A stretch of DNA of 63,223 bases, the filler included, from an uncultured bacterium (lineage in GTDB: Bacteria; DYJV01): NCBI GenBank assembly GCA_964543655.1. It is 5 parts of 5 records of this genome, joined end to end, with 100 filler letters (N's around TTAATTAATTAA, not from the genome) between each part and the next. Parts side by side here need not be neighbours in the genome. Positions count along the whole stretch, not along the records: positions 6,144 to 37,382 come from CAZIZE010000090.1; 4 more parts are not named here. One strand, written 5' to 3'. Every line of letters starts with the position of its first letter. Within the stretch, counting starts at the first letter, position 1. The notes beneath the pieces were generated by a model, which saw only the letters and a program-made list of their open reading frames with translations, had not been told where the DNA came from and made no database searches. Below, in pieces: positions 9,304 to 19,961 of this stretch. The position numbers and the translations under genes were made by a program.

Positions 9304-10704
9304 TTAAAAAATTGTCTGTTCTAACCTGCTCTCCATCCATGGAAATTTTATTGGATAATCACCATTAAAACATGCATAGCAATAATTTGCAAATTCATTG
9401 CCAAGTGCTTTTTTAAGGCTATCAAGAGAGAGGTACGCAAGCGAATCAGCAGTAATATATTTTCTTATCTCTTCAACAGAATGAGATGAAGCAATTAACT
9501 CCTTTCTTGTTGGAGTGTCTATTCCATAAAAGCATGGATAATTTGTAGTTGGTGAGCTAATCCTCATATGAACTTCACTTGCACCAAACTCTCTAACAAG
9601 CTTAACTATTTTCCTCGAAGTTGTACCTCTAACAATAGAGTCATCTATAAGAATCACCCTTTTATTTTTCAAAATCTCTTTTATTGCATTTAATTTTAAT
9701 TTAACTCCAAAATGCCTGATACTCTGTTTTGGCTCAATAAAAGTCCTTCCAATATAATGATTCCTGATAAGAGCTGTTTCATAAGGAATACCTGATGCTT
9801 CAGAATATCCAATTGCAGCAGCAATTCCAGAATCAGGGATTGGCACAACAATATCTGCATCAACAGGTTTCTCTTCTGAAAGCATTCTACCTAAAACTTT
9901 TCTAAAAGTATATACAGTTTTGTTAAAAACTATACTATCAGGTCTTGCAAAATAAATATGCTCAAAAACACAGTAAGCATGCCTCTTATTTTCTGAAGGA
10001 ATATTATCAAATTTGATTCCATCTTTATCAATTATAACTATCTCACCAGGCTCTATTTCTCTAATATACTTTGCCCCAATTAAATCAAAAGCACAGGTTT
10101 CAGACGATAAAATGTAGCTATCATTTAGCTTACCAAGACAGAGTGGCCTGAAACCAAATGGATCCCGTGCACCAATCAATTTATTTTCAGTTAAAATAAG
10201 AAGGCTGTATGCTCCTTTTATCTGATACAAAGCCTCTTTAATACGTGCTATTATGTCATTATGCTGAGAAATTGCTATTAGGTGGACAATAACCTCTGAA
10301 TCCATAGTAGATTGAAATATACTGCCATCTTTTTCAAGTTTATTTTTAAGAATTTCATAGTTAACAAGATTACCATTGTGAGCTATAGCAAGGTATCCTC
10401 TAAAATAATTCACCATAAAAGGTTGAGCATTTTGAGAAATTGTCTCTCCTGTGGTGGAATATCTCACATGGCCAATTGCCATGCTACCTTTTAATTTAGA
10501 AAGCAAATCTTCATTGAAAATATCCACTACATGACCAAGTGATGTATGTGCATAAAATTTGTCACCATCTGAAGATACAATTCCTGCACTCTCCTGTCCC
10601 CTGTGCTGTAAAGCATGAAGTCCAAGATAGGTAAGATTAGCTGCTTCAAAATGATTATAAACACCAAATATACCGCATTTATCTCTGAAATACTCTTTTT
10701 TCAT
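9304..10704 (-). CDS. purF: Amidophosphoribosyltransferase
   Basis: CGIFG, LQHRGQESAG, GHVRYST, DDSIVRGTT. Confidence 0.97.
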   Translation of the reverse strand: MKKEYFRDKCGIFGVYNHFEAANLTYLGLHALQHRGQESAGIVSSDGDKFYAHTSLGHVVDIFNEDLLSKLKGSMAIGHVRYSTTGETISQNAQPFMVNYFRGYLAIAHNGNLVNYEILKNKLEKDGSIFQSTMDSEVIVHLIAISQHNDIIARIKEALYQIKGAYSLLILTENKLIGARDPFGFRPLCLGKLNDSYILSSETCAFDLIGAKYIREIEPGEIVIIDKDGIKFDNIPSENKRHAYCVFEHIYFARPDSIVFNKTVYTFRKVLGRMLSEEKPVDADIVVPIPDSGIAAAIGYSEASGIPYETALIRNHYIGRTFIEPKQSIRHFGVKLKLNAIKEILKNKRVILIDDSIVRGTTSRKIVKLVREFGASEVHMRISSPTTNYPCFYGIDTPTRKELIASSHSVEEIRKYITADSLAYLSLDSLKKALGNEFANYCYACFNGDYPIKFPWMESRLEQTIF

Positions 10705-10713
10705 ATTAAGCCC

Positions 10714-13095
10714 TTACTTTTTCTTATTATTGCTCAGTGCTATACTCAATACCTCATCCATATGCTTAACAAAAACAAATTTCAAACCTTTTTTTACTTT
10801 TTCTGGAATATCTTCCATATCTTTTTTATTTCTACTTGGAACAATGATTATCTCTTTTTTAGCTCGTAGTGCAGCAAGACTCTTCTCCTTTAACCCACCT
10901 ATTGGTAAAACTCTTCCTGTTAAAGTAATTTCACCTGTCATACAAACTTCTTTTCTAACAGGAATTTTGCTGAGCGCTGAAATTAGTGCAGTAGTAATTG
11001 TTATTCCAGCAGAGGGACCATCCTTTGGTATTGCACCAGCTGGTACATGTATATGAATATCTTTTTTTTCAAATAACTCCCTATCTATATTGTAAAATCC
11101 TGCTCTACTCCTTGCATATGTAAGAGCAGCCTGTGCTGATTCTTTCATAACATCACCTAATTGACCTGTTAGTATGAGTTTACCATTTCCTTCTACAAGC
11201 ATTACCTCTATATATAAAACCTCTCCTCCATACTGTGTCCATGCAAGACCTGTTGCTATTCCAATAGAGTTTTCCAAAATATCATCATCTGAAATATATT
11301 TAGGCACACCTAAAAATTTATTTAAATTTCTTGCTGTGATGTTGTAAAAATCCCCTTCATTAAGAGCAATGTGCTTTGCAACTTTTCTACAAAGAGTGCC
11401 AATATTTCTCTCTAAATTCCTAACACCAGATTCAGCAGTATATTCATTGATAATTTTTAAAATAGCTTTATCTGTAACTTTAATATTCTCTCTTTTCAAT
11501 CCATTTTCTTTAATTTGTCTTGGCAAAAGATACCTTTTGGCAATTTGAATTTTTTCATCATCAGTATAGCCACTTATCTCAATTATCTCCATTCTATCCT
11601 TTAAAGCAGGTGGAATAGGATCAATGAAATTAGCTGTTGTAATAAACATAACATTAGAAAGATCAAATGGTACATTAAGATAGTGATCTGAAAATTCCTT
11701 ATTTTGCTCAGGGTCAAGCACTTCAAGTAATGCAGACGCTGGGTCACCTCTAAAGTCCATACCTATTTTATCAACTTCATCAAGCATGAAAACAGGATTA
11801 TTGGTACCTGCTTGTTTAATCCCCTGAATTATTCTACCTGGTAAAGCACCTATATAAGTTCTTCTGTGTCCCCTGATTTCTGCTTCATCTCTAACACCAC
11901 CAAGAGACATTCTGAAAAATTTTCTACCAAGTGCCCTTGCTATTGATTTACCAAGTGAAGTTTTACCAACACCTGGTGGTCCCACAAAGCATAAAATTGG
12001 ACCTTTGGAATCTTCTTTTAATTTTCTAACACTTAAAAACTCCAAAATACGCTCTTTAACCTTTTCAAGTCCGTAATGATCTTCATCAAGAATTTTTTTA
12101 GCTTTTTTTATATCAAGGTTATCTTTAGTTGACTTTTTCCATGGAAGCTCTGTCATCCATTCAAGGTAGGTTCTAATAACTGATGCTTCAGCAGAATCTG
12201 GATGCATTTTTTCAAGTCTTGAAAGCTGCTTCAATGCTTCTTCTCTTGCAACTTTTGGCATTCTTGCTTTTTTTATCTTTTTCTTAAATTCCTCTATTTC
12301 TAAATCTTTATCACTTGTCTCACCAAGCTCTGTTTGTATGGCTTTAAGCTGCTCCCTTAAAAAGTATTCTCTCTGAACTTTATTCATCTCTTCTTTGGCT
12401 TTTGACTGAATTTTAGCCTGCATATTTAATATTTCAACTTCTCTTGTTAAAATAGCATGAACCTGTTTTAATTTATCTATTGGGTCTGTATTCTCAAGAA
12501 TTTTTTGTAGCTCTTCAACTTTTAAGCCTATATTTGCAGATATAAGTTCAGCAAGTCTTGATGGATCAGTGATACCTTCAAGTATCATAACAACTTCCGG
12601 TGATAATATTTTACCAAGAGAAAGCATCTTTTCCAATTTCTCTTTAACATCTCGCATTAATGCTTCCTCTTCATTGGTAAGCTCTGAAACCTTTTTATCC
12701 TCTATTTTTTCTATTTCCACACTAAAATAAGGTTTCTCCTGAATAAACTCTTTTATTCTACCTTTTGAAATCCCCTGAACAAGTATCTTAACTCTACCAT
12801 CAGGTAATTTCAACATTCTCATTATCATTGCAATGGTCCCAACTTCATAAATATCATCAATTGATGGGACTTCTTCATTCATATCTTTCTGAGCTGCTAT
12901 AAAAATCAATCTATCCTTTGATAAAGCTTCATCTATTGCTTTTATTGAAAATTCTCTCCCAACAAAAAGAGGAATAATCATATATGGAAATATTACAACA
13001 TCTCTAACAGGCAAAAGTGGTAATTCATCAGGAATCTTAAATTCTTCCTGCTCTTTAACAGATGAATCTAAGTTCTCTTGATTTTCAGGTACCAT
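10714..13095 (-). CDS. lon: ATP-dependent Lon protease
   Basis: [25 protein letters not shown]. Confidence 0.98.
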   Translation of the reverse strand: MVPENQENLDSSVKEQEEFKIPDELPLLPVRDVVIFPYMIIPLFVGREFSIKAIDEALSKDRLIFIAAQKDMNEEVPSIDDIYEVGTIAMIMRMLKLPDGRVKILVQGISKGRIKEFIQEKPYFSVEIEKIEDKKVSELTNEEEALMRDVKEKLEKMLSLGKILSPEVVMILEGITDPSRLAELISANIGLKVEELQKILENTDPIDKLKQVHAILTREVEILNMQAKIQSKAKEEMNKVQREYFLREQLKAIQTELGETSDKDLEIEEFKKKIKKARMPKVAREEALKQLSRLEKMHPDSAEASVIRTYLEWMTELPWKKSTKDNLDIKKAKKILDEDHYGLEKVKERILEFLSVRKLKEDSKGPILCFVGPPGVGKTSLGKSIARALGRKFFRMSLGGVRDEAEIRGHRRTYIGALPGRIIQGIKQAGTNNPVFMLDEVDKIGMDFRGDPASALLEVLDPEQNKEFSDHYLNVPFDLSNVMFITTANFIDPIPPALKDRMEIIEISGYTDDEKIQIAKRYLLPRQIKENGLKRENIKVTDKAILKIINEYTAESGVRNLERNIGTLCRKVAKHIALNEGDFYNITARNLNKFLGVPKYISDDDILENSIGIATGLAWTQYGGEVLYIEVMLVEGNGKLILTGQLGDVMKESAQAALTYARSRAGFYNIDRELFEKKDIHIHVPAGAIPKDGPSAGITITTALISALSKIPVRKEVCMTGEITLTGRVLPIGGLKEKSLAALRAKKEIIIVPSRNKKDMEDIPEKVKKGLKFVFVKHMDEVLSIALSNNKKK

Positions 13096-13106
13096 TACTC
13101 CTCCTT

Positions 13107-13496
13107 CTATTTTATTTTTTTTATTTTCACAACAAGTAAACCATTTTTAATATAGTAACTTATACTTTCCATGTCAAAATTTAATGGCAATTCAATGATA
13201 TTTTTAAATTTTCCAAACCTCCTCTCTGCAATTATATAGTGTACATTTCTATCTACATCTTTATATTTGAAACCTTCTATTATAAGAAACCTATTATCTA
13301 TCTTAATTCTAATATCATCTTCCCTGATTCCTGGTATATCAATTTTTATAATTAATCCGTTTTCATTTTCCAATATATCTGATGGTAAAATTAAATAACC
13401 AGAGGTAAACCTTTCATCAAGCTCATTTAATATACTTTCCATTCTATCCTGGAATAAAATTAATTTTTCCCAAATATCAGAAATGCGCTTACCCAT
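13107..13496 (-). CDS. Hsp20/alpha-crystallin family small heat-shock protein
   Basis: [25 protein letters not shown]; upstream of lon; start at the ATG after GAGGTG. Confidence 0.85.
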   Translation of the reverse strand: MGKRISDIWEKLILFQDRMESILNELDERFTSGYLILPSDILENENGLIIKIDIPGIREDDIRIKIDNRFLIIEGFKYKDVDRNVHYIIAERRFGKFKNIIELPLNFDMESISYYIKNGLLVVKIKKIK

Positions 13497-13791
13497 TATC
13501 ATCACCTCTAACAATACATGCTTGCGATATATTTAAAGATTTTAATGTATCCAATATGACTCTACTAATTTCACCATCTGAAAAACCAATAAAAAAAATT
13601 ATCTTATCAGGAAACATTTGATTAATATCATTTTTGTATAAAACTACTTTCTCCTTCTGAGAAATAGGAATGGTACCATTATAAATTAATTTTGATATTT
13701 CTCCTTTTAAAAAAAAATTATAGTAACTTAAAGTTCCTTTTAAAGGATTGGATAAGGAATTTAATATTATACATAGTGCATTACAGCTCAT
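13489..13791 (-). CDS. Hypothetical protein (about 100 aa)
   Basis: Fills the nusB-hsp20 gap; ATG overlaps the nusB end and the stop overlaps the hsp20 start. Confidence 0.55.
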   Translation of the reverse strand: MSCNALCIILNSLSNPLKGTLSYYNFFLKGEISKLIYNGTIPISQKEKVVLYKNDINQMFPDKIIFFIGFSDGEISRVILDTLKSLNISQACIVRGDDNG

Positions 13792-14188
13792 TTTTGAAAA
13801 CCCTGTCAAGTATCCCATTTATAAATCTTCTCGATTCTTCACCAGAATACATTCTTGCTATCTCAACTGCTTCATTAATAGAAACTTTAACTGGAACATC
13901 CTCTTTAAAAAACATTTCATACATTGCTATTCTTAAAATATTTCTATCAAGTATCAGCATTCTTTCAAGGGTCCACCCTTTTGAATATTTTTTTATTATA
14001 CTGTTTAAAAAATCCCATTTTTCATTAATTCCTTTTAGCAGAGGTTCAAGATACTCTCTCACTGGCTCTCTTATCTCATTATTGCTTAAATAATGCTTAT
14101 AACACTCCTCTATAGAGTCTCTCAACCCAACTTCAAATTGGTACAAAACAGTTAAAGCTATCTCTCTTGCCTTTCTTCTATCTTTCAT
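13781..14188 (-). CDS. nusB: Transcription antitermination factor NusB
   Basis: RRKAREIAL, DRNILRIA, INEAVEIA, FINGILD. Confidence 0.96.
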   Translation of the reverse strand: MKDRRKAREIALTVLYQFEVGLRDSIEECYKHYLSNNEIREPVREYLEPLLKGINEKWDFLNSIIKKYSKGWTLERMLILDRNILRIAMYEMFFKEDVPVKVSINEAVEIARMYSGEESRRFINGILDRVFKNEL

Positions 14189-14194
14189 AATTTT

Positions 14195-14653
14195 TTAGAA
14201 CTGTTTAATTAAATTAATTGTCTCAATCAAAGAAAGAGCTGCATCATAACCTTTGTTACCAGATTTGGTACCTGCTCTCTCAATTGCCTGCTCTATTGTA
14301 TCAGTGGTTAATATGCCAAATATAACTGGTTTTTCACTCTCAAGTGAAACATGTGCAATACCCTTAGAAACTTCAGCTGCAACATAGTCAAAATGAGGTG
14401 TAGAACCTCTAATAACAGCTCCAAGGCAGATTATACCGTCATAATCTTTACGTGTTAACTTTTTAGCTATTAATGGAATTTCAAATGCACCTGGCACTTT
14501 ATAAATCTCAATACTATCCTTATTAATACCATGCCGTGTGAGCCCATCAATTGCCCCTTCAAGCAATCGCTCTGTAATAAAGCTGTTAAACCTGCTTACT
14601 ACTATTGCTACTTTTAAATTGTCAGCTTTTAATTCTCCTTCAAAAAATTTCAT
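14195..14653 (-). CDS. ribH: 6,7-dimethyl-8-ribityllumazine synthase
   Basis: [23 protein letters not shown]; start at the ATG after GGAGG. Confidence 0.97.
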   Translation of the reverse strand: MKFFEGELKADNLKVAIVVSRFNSFITERLLEGAIDGLTRHGINKDSIEIYKVPGAFEIPLIAKKLTRKDYDGIICLGAVIRGSTPHFDYVAAEVSKGIAHVSLESEKPVIFGILTTDTIEQAIERAGTKSGNKGYDAALSLIETINLIKQF

Positions 14654-14681
14654 CAACAGCCTCCACTTATAAATTTTAATT

Positions 14682-14710
14682 ATAATATCAACTATTATAA
14701 AAAGTTTCAA
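14682..14710 (-). promoter_or_regulatory. Putative sigma70 promoter of the ribH operon
   Basis: TTGAAA-17-TATTAT with TG extended -10. Confidence 0.4.
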
Positions 14711-14719
14711 TGTTTTTTA

Positions 14720-14748
14720 TTGATTTTTTACCATTAATTTTGTATTAT
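14720..14748 (+). promoter_or_regulatory. Putative sigma70 promoter of the HEAT-che cluster
   Basis: TTGATT-17-TATTAT upstream of 14777. Confidence 0.35.
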
Positions 14749-14776
14749 TGTTATAATCAATCCAAAGGGGTATAGT

Positions 14777-17230
14777 ATGGATGAAATAGAATTTTTTATT
14801 AGCCAGTTAAAATCAGACGAGTTTGCTACCAAGCTAAATGCCATAAATATGCTTGGGGAATTTGCAGATAAAAGAGCTCTACCTGCTTTAATAGAACTTC
14901 TTGGTGACCCAGAATGGCAAATTAGAAGTGCTGCTGTTGATGCTATTACTAAAATTAAAGATGACACTGTTGTTGATACAATTGCCAAATTTTTGCGCTC
15001 AGATGATGCGAACTTGAGAAACGCCGCAATGCAGGCTCTTGAAAAGCTTGGTGCAGACGTGGTGCCCATATTATGTGAAAACTTAAAGGATAGCGATACA
15101 GATGTCCGAATTTTTGCTGCTAATACCCTTGGAAATATCAGGGATGCTAAAGCTGTCCCTTCATTGTTAGAATCTTTAAACGATTCAGATGAGAATGTTT
15201 TTTACGCTGTTGTTGAAGCTCTTGGAAGGATTAAAGATAGAAGTGCTGTTGGAGAACTTTTGAAAAAATTAAAAGAAAAGGATATATGGGATAGGTTTGT
15301 TATTATAACCACTCTTGGAAATATTGGTGATGAAAGTGTGATAGATGAGTTAATTAATCAGATGGAACATGAAGAGCTTAGATTGGCTATAATTGATGCT
15401 CTTTCAAGCATTTCATATGTAGGGGCTATCCCAAAGCTTACTGAAATTATTAACTCTGAAAATGATACTGATATAAAGATTGAAGCATTAAAAGCTCTAT
15501 TCCAGATAGCGCTCAACAACTACAATTTTGCAAGAATTGAGAGAAATAGAGTTATTCATGACTATCTTCTTTACCACATTTCAAATATTGATTTTAGAAA
15601 TTTGGAACCACTTATTCTTGAAATTTTCCAAAGTGAGCACATAGATCTTATTGCAAAAACTTTGCAGATTTTAATATGGGCAAATGCCAAATTCCCCATT
15701 AGACCAATAATCCCCTTACTTGAAAAAGAGGAGATAGAAGAACAAGCCTATGAGTTATTAATAAAGCAGAGTGATGTTAAACTTGATGAAATAAAAGCTA
15801 TTCTTAATGAAATCAATGACCCAAATATAGGAAGATTTTTAATTAAATCTCTTGGTTTTAATCAAAACAAAGGTATTTTTGAATTTCTTGAAGAGCTTTT
15901 AAAGTCTGATATCCCTCAGTATATTATTGCATCAGCAGAAGCACTACTGCTTCATTTAATAGAATTAGATGCTAACGAAGACCTTATCAACAAACTTTTC
16001 AACTTACTAAAAAGCAATGATTCAGATATTTCTTATTCAGCTAAAAGCATACTTATTGTGCTTGCACATTCAGAAATTGTTAGTAAAAAAATAAAACAGA
16101 TCTTTTTAGAACAAAACGAAGAATTATTAAAAGCTGCCATTGAAATAGCCTCCATCTCCAACAAAATAGAGTTTTTAAACGATATAATCTCATATATAGA
16201 ACATCCTGACCCAAATATTAGAAAAGAGGTTTTTCAAACAATAAATTACCTATCAAAAATAGATATAAATAAAAAAGCTATTCTCAAGCATCCATTATTA
16301 GACAAAATTTATAATGGAGTACATGACAAAGATGACCATGTTAAAATAGAGGCAATTCTTGCACTTGGTGCGCTTTGCGATGATAGGGCTTATGAATGTC
16401 TGAAATCTCTCCTATTTGATACAAGCTTTACATATTTCAGACACTACATTGCAAGAGCTTTAAAAGAATTTATAGACAAGCAGGAAGTAATCGATCTTTT
16501 TTTAGAGGCACTTCAATCAGGTCTTGATATAGAAACCAAATTTGTAATAATTGATGCTTTTAAAACTTTTAAAAGCTCTGCACCTGTTGACTTTTTATCA
16601 GATATGCTCTTTGAAGAAACTGAGGATGACTTAAAAGGTGAAATATTAAAAACAATAGGAGAGATAGGTGGAGTAGATGATGCTGACTATATACTGCCAT
16701 TTTTAGAAGAGGATAATTGGTTTTTGAAAAATTCTGCAATTATAGCTCTTTCCCAGATAAAAGATGACAGCGTTAAAGAAGAGCTACTTCAATTATTGAA
16801 AAATTTTAATAGAGATAATGATGAGATATTAATAAAAAGTTGTATTAATTCTTTAAAAAATTATCCTGAAGTTGATGTTGTCCAGGAAATTATAAAGTTT
16901 TTAGGAGAAGAGAATTTTGCATTTGTTTCATATGAAACATTATATCATATTTTCTCACAAAATCATTCACTTGCAAATGAACTTACTGGATTAATTAAAT
17001 CTCAGACTAATCCAAAAACATTGAGGCTTCTTATATCAATATTAAGAGAGTTAAAAATTCCTTACTGGGAAGATTTCTGTCTCTATCTTTTAAAAGAGAG
17101 CAAATATAAAAGTTTACAACTTTCCGCACTTATTTATCTTAAAGAAATTGGGTTTAATACAGAAAATATATGCAAAGAAATTAGTGAAGATATATTACAA
17201 TTTTTTTGCAAAGAATTAGCTGGAGAATAG
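14777..17230 (+). CDS. HEAT-repeat (PBS lyase-like) protein linked to chemotaxis genes
   Basis: Repeated L.D.D..VR..AA..LG.I motifs; directly upstream of cheR. Confidence 0.88.
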   Translation: MDEIEFFISQLKSDEFATKLNAINMLGEFADKRALPALIELLGDPEWQIRSAAVDAITKIKDDTVVDTIAKFLRSDDANLRNAAMQALEKLGADVVPILCENLKDSDTDVRIFAANTLGNIRDAKAVPSLLESLNDSDENVFYAVVEALGRIKDRSAVGELLKKLKEKDIWDRFVIITTLGNIGDESVIDELINQMEHEELRLAIIDALSSISYVGAIPKLTEIINSENDTDIKIEALKALFQIALNNYNFARIERNRVIHDYLLYHISNIDFRNLEPLILEIFQSEHIDLIAKTLQILIWANAKFPIRPIIPLLEKEEIEEQAYELLIKQSDVKLDEIKAILNEINDPNIGRFLIKSLGFNQNKGIFEFLEELLKSDIPQYIIASAEALLLHLIELDANEDLINKLFNLLKSNDSDISYSAKSILIVLAHSEIVSKKIKQIFLEQNEELLKAAIEIASISNKIEFLNDIISYIEHPDPNIRKEVFQTINYLSKIDINKKAILKHPLLDKIYNGVHDKDDHVKIEAILALGALCDDRAYECLKSLLFDTSFTYFRHYIARALKEFIDKQEVIDLFLEALQSGLDIETKFVIIDAFKTFKSSAPVDFLSDMLFEETEDDLKGEILKTIGEIGGVDDADYILPFLEEDNWFLKNSAIIALSQIKDDSVKEELLQLLKNFNRDNDEILIKSCINSLKNYPEVDVVQEIIKFLGEENFAFVSYETLYHIFSQNHSLANELTGLIKSQTNPKTLRLLISILRELKIPYWEDFCLYLLKESKYKSLQLSALIYLKEIGFNTENICKEISEDILQFFCKELAGE

Positions 17231-17234
17231 TAAA

Positions 17235-18065
17235 ATGGCTGTTTTAAAAATGTCAGAGGAAGAATTTAAGCTGCTATCTGAGCTAATCTACAAGCATTGT
17301 GGATTGACTTTTAATGGCAGCCAAAAAATCCTCTTCCAAAAAAGAGTTAAAGCAAGAGTTGAAAAATTAAGATTAGGCTCATTTAAAGAGTATTATCAGT
17401 ATTTGAAATTTGACATTAAAAAGGATCAGGAACTTAAAGAGCTTGTTGATATTTTAACAGTTAATGAGACTTTCTTTTTTAGAGAACCTGCTCAATTTGA
17501 TGCTCTCTTTCAATACATTATCCCGGAGATTGAAAAAACAGGCTCAAAATCAATTAAAATATGGAGCGCCGCATGCTCAAATGGTGCAGAGCCATACACT
17601 CTTGCAATTTTATTTAATGAAAATAAATTTTATGAAAAGGGATGGAGAGTTGACATTATAGGCACTGATATTTCTCCTACTGCATTAAGCGAGGCAAGGG
17701 AAGCAAAATATACTGAAGCTGCTTTTAGAAATACTCCCCCTTCAATAAAAGCAAAGTATTTTAAAAAAACTCCTGACAATTTATATGAGCTTGATAGAAG
17801 CATTGCAAGAAAAGTAACTTTTAAATATTTAAACTTATTAAATGATACTCAAATGCGAATGATGAAAAATTTTAATGTTATATTTTGCAGGAATGTTTTA
17901 ATTTACTTTGACAATGATGCTAAAAAGAGAGTGGTTGAAAATTTTTACCAATCTCTTGTTAAAAATGGCTACCTGCTAATTGGTCAATCTGAGTCACTAT
18001 TTAAAATTACCAATGTATTCAAATTACAGCCAACCTCAAAAGTATTGTTGTACAAAAAAGAATGA
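17235..18065 (+). CDS. cheR: Chemotaxis methyltransferase CheR
   Basis: TVNETFFFRE, IWSAACSNGAEPY, IFCRNVLIYF. Confidence 0.96.
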   Translation: MAVLKMSEEEFKLLSELIYKHCGLTFNGSQKILFQKRVKARVEKLRLGSFKEYYQYLKFDIKKDQELKELVDILTVNETFFFREPAQFDALFQYIIPEIEKTGSKSIKIWSAACSNGAEPYTLAILFNENKFYEKGWRVDIIGTDISPTALSEAREAKYTEAAFRNTPPSIKAKYFKKTPDNLYELDRSIARKVTFKYLNLLNDTQMRMMKNFNVIFCRNVLIYFDNDAKKRVVENFYQSLVKNGYLLIGQSESLFKITNVFKLQPTSKVLLYKKE

Positions 18066-18084
18066 TAACAAAGGAGTCTGATTA

Positions 18085-19152
18085 ATGAGCAACAAAATCA
18101 AAGTTTTAATGGTAGATGATTCTGCTGTTGTAAGGTTGATACTAAGAAAGCTATTAGAGTCTTCCAATGAAATAGAGGTTATAGGCCATGCGAAAAATGG
18201 CAAAGAAGCATTAGAGCTTATTCCTAAATTAAAACCTGATGTTATAACTCTTGACATAGAAATGCCTGTTATGGATGGGCTAACAACTTTAAAAGAGATA
18301 ATGAAAATGCCCAATCCAGTACCTGTAATAATGGTTAGCTCTCTTACTAAAGATGGTGCTGAAGTAACCCTTGAAGCACTAAATAATGGTGCTGTTGATT
18401 TTGTTACCAAACCATCAAAAACAATATCTTCTGAGCTTGAAAAGATTAAATTTGACCTTATTGAAAAGATTAAGGCTGCATCAGTTACAAAATTATCAAA
18501 ACCTTCCAGGCTTACTGTTAGCAAACCTAAAGTAGAAAAAAAACCTATTATTCAAGCACCTGTAACATTGCCTGAAAAAACCAAGTTTAAAGCTGTATTA
18601 ATAGGAATATCCACTGGTGGACCACCTGCTCTTCAGGTAATTTTACCTAAGTTCCCTAAAAATTTTCCTATACCAATTGTAGTTGCCCAGCATATGCCAC
18701 CAGGTTTTACAAAACCAATGGCTGACAGGTTAAATAAATTATGTCCTCTTGAGGTGGATGAAGCAAAGGATGGTGATATTTTAAAAAAAGGTAAAATCTT
18801 TATAGGTAAAGCTGGTTGCCATATTAAAATAAAAAAAAGAGGCTCAATATACTATCTTAACATTACAGATGAGCCTAAAGATGCATTGTATCACCCGCAG
18901 GTTGATATAATGTTTGAAACAGCAGCTGAAGTTTTTGGCGGAGATGTTATTGCTGTTATAATGACAGGTATGGGCTCTGATGGGACAGAGGGCTTAAAAA
19001 AATTAAAAGCCAAAAATGCTTATGTTATTGGCCAGGATAAAGAAACTTCTGTAATTTATGGAATGCCACGTTCAGCATTTGAAGCAGGAGTGGTGGATAT
19101 TGTTGTCCCATTGGAGAAAATTCCAGAAAAAATTATACAAAAATTATCATAA
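18085..19152 (+). CDS. cheB: Chemotaxis methylesterase CheB
   Basis: Receiver domain plus GISTGGP, QHMP, TGMGSDG. Confidence 0.97.
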   Translation: MSNKIKVLMVDDSAVVRLILRKLLESSNEIEVIGHAKNGKEALELIPKLKPDVITLDIEMPVMDGLTTLKEIMKMPNPVPVIMVSSLTKDGAEVTLEALNNGAVDFVTKPSKTISSELEKIKFDLIEKIKAASVTKLSKPSRLTVSKPKVEKKPIIQAPVTLPEKTKFKAVLIGISTGGPPALQVILPKFPKNFPIPIVVAQHMPPGFTKPMADRLNKLCPLEVDEAKDGDILKKGKIFIGKAGCHIKIKKRGSIYYLNITDEPKDALYHPQVDIMFETAAEVFGGDVIAVIMTGMGSDGTEGLKKLKAKNAYVIGQDKETSVIYGMPRSAFEAGVVDIVVPLEKIPEKIIQKLS

Positions 19153-19163
19153 TGGAGTAAGCT

Positions 19164-19553
19164 ATGAGCCAAAAAACAGCATTAGTAGTTGATGATTCAC
19201 CAACTTTGAGAAAAATGGTAATATTTGCTTTAAAAAAATTATATAAAATATCAAAAGCTTATGAAGCTGGTGATGGATTAGAAGCTCTTGATATACTTTC
19301 AAATAATTACATTGATTTTATTATATGCGATATAAATATGCCCAATATGAATGGACTTGAGTTTCTCTACAGAATTAAACAAAATGAAGATTTCAAGAAT
19401 ATCCCTATTGTAATGTTAACAACTGAAGGAAGAGAGGCTGATATAAAAAGAGCAAAGGATATGGGTGCAGATGGTTATGCTGTGAAACCCTTTAAACCAG
19501 AAAAATTAAAAAAAGAATTAGATGAAGCATTAAAAAAGTATGGCAAGTTATAA
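19164..19553 (+). CDS. cheY: CheY-like response regulator
   Basis: VVDDS, DINMPNMNGL, MLTTE, KPF; follows cheB. Confidence 0.85.
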   Translation: MSQKTALVVDDSPTLRKMVIFALKKLYKISKAYEAGDGLEALDILSNNYIDFIICDINMPNMNGLEFLYRIKQNEDFKNIPIVMLTTEGREADIKRAKDMGADGYAVKPFKPEKLKKELDEALKKYGKL

Positions 19554-19961
19554 TATCTCTACTATTTCTGCCATATAAACTTCTTCTTTGTTCCTTGAAA
19601 GTTTGCTTACAATAAAAAAGGTTATAATAAAAAATAAGCCAGCAAAAATAAAATTTGCTATATCATTATGAAAAAAAATTTCTCCAACAAATGCACCTGT
19701 TAGCATGGCAACTATGGGTATTACATATACCAGGAATGACGCTTTTAAAAAAGTCGAAGAGCTAATGGCTATTTTTACTTTATCTCCTTCTTTAGCTCCT
19801 ATATTGTTAAAAGCATTGACAACCACCTCACTCTCTTCACCAAAAGGATGACAAAAAGATTTTGCAGAGCAATTACCACAGGCTGATGATTTTTGAACGG
19901 ATATTCTGGCAATATTATCCTGCTTTAAAGTTTCAACAACAACTCCTGTTTCCTCTATCAT
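19548..19961 (-). CDS. RseC/SoxR-reducing system family membrane protein
   Basis: MIEETGVV, SACGNCSAKSFC, two TM helices; ATGA overlap with the ntrX stop. Confidence 0.82.
   Translation of the reverse strand: MIEETGVVVETLKQDNIARISVQKSSACGNCSAKSFCHPFGEESEVVVNAFNNIGAKEGDKVKIAISSSTFLKASFLVYVIPIVAMLTGAFVGEIFFHNDIANFIFAGLFFIITFFIVSKLSRNKEEVYMAEIVEIL

Noticed and set aside
13692-14093. Antisense ORFs in the track (e.g. 8705-9064, 10730-11056, 13692-14093, 18036-18524, 52097-52495)
   Set aside because: Shadows of well-supported genes on the opposite strand, with no motifs or RBS
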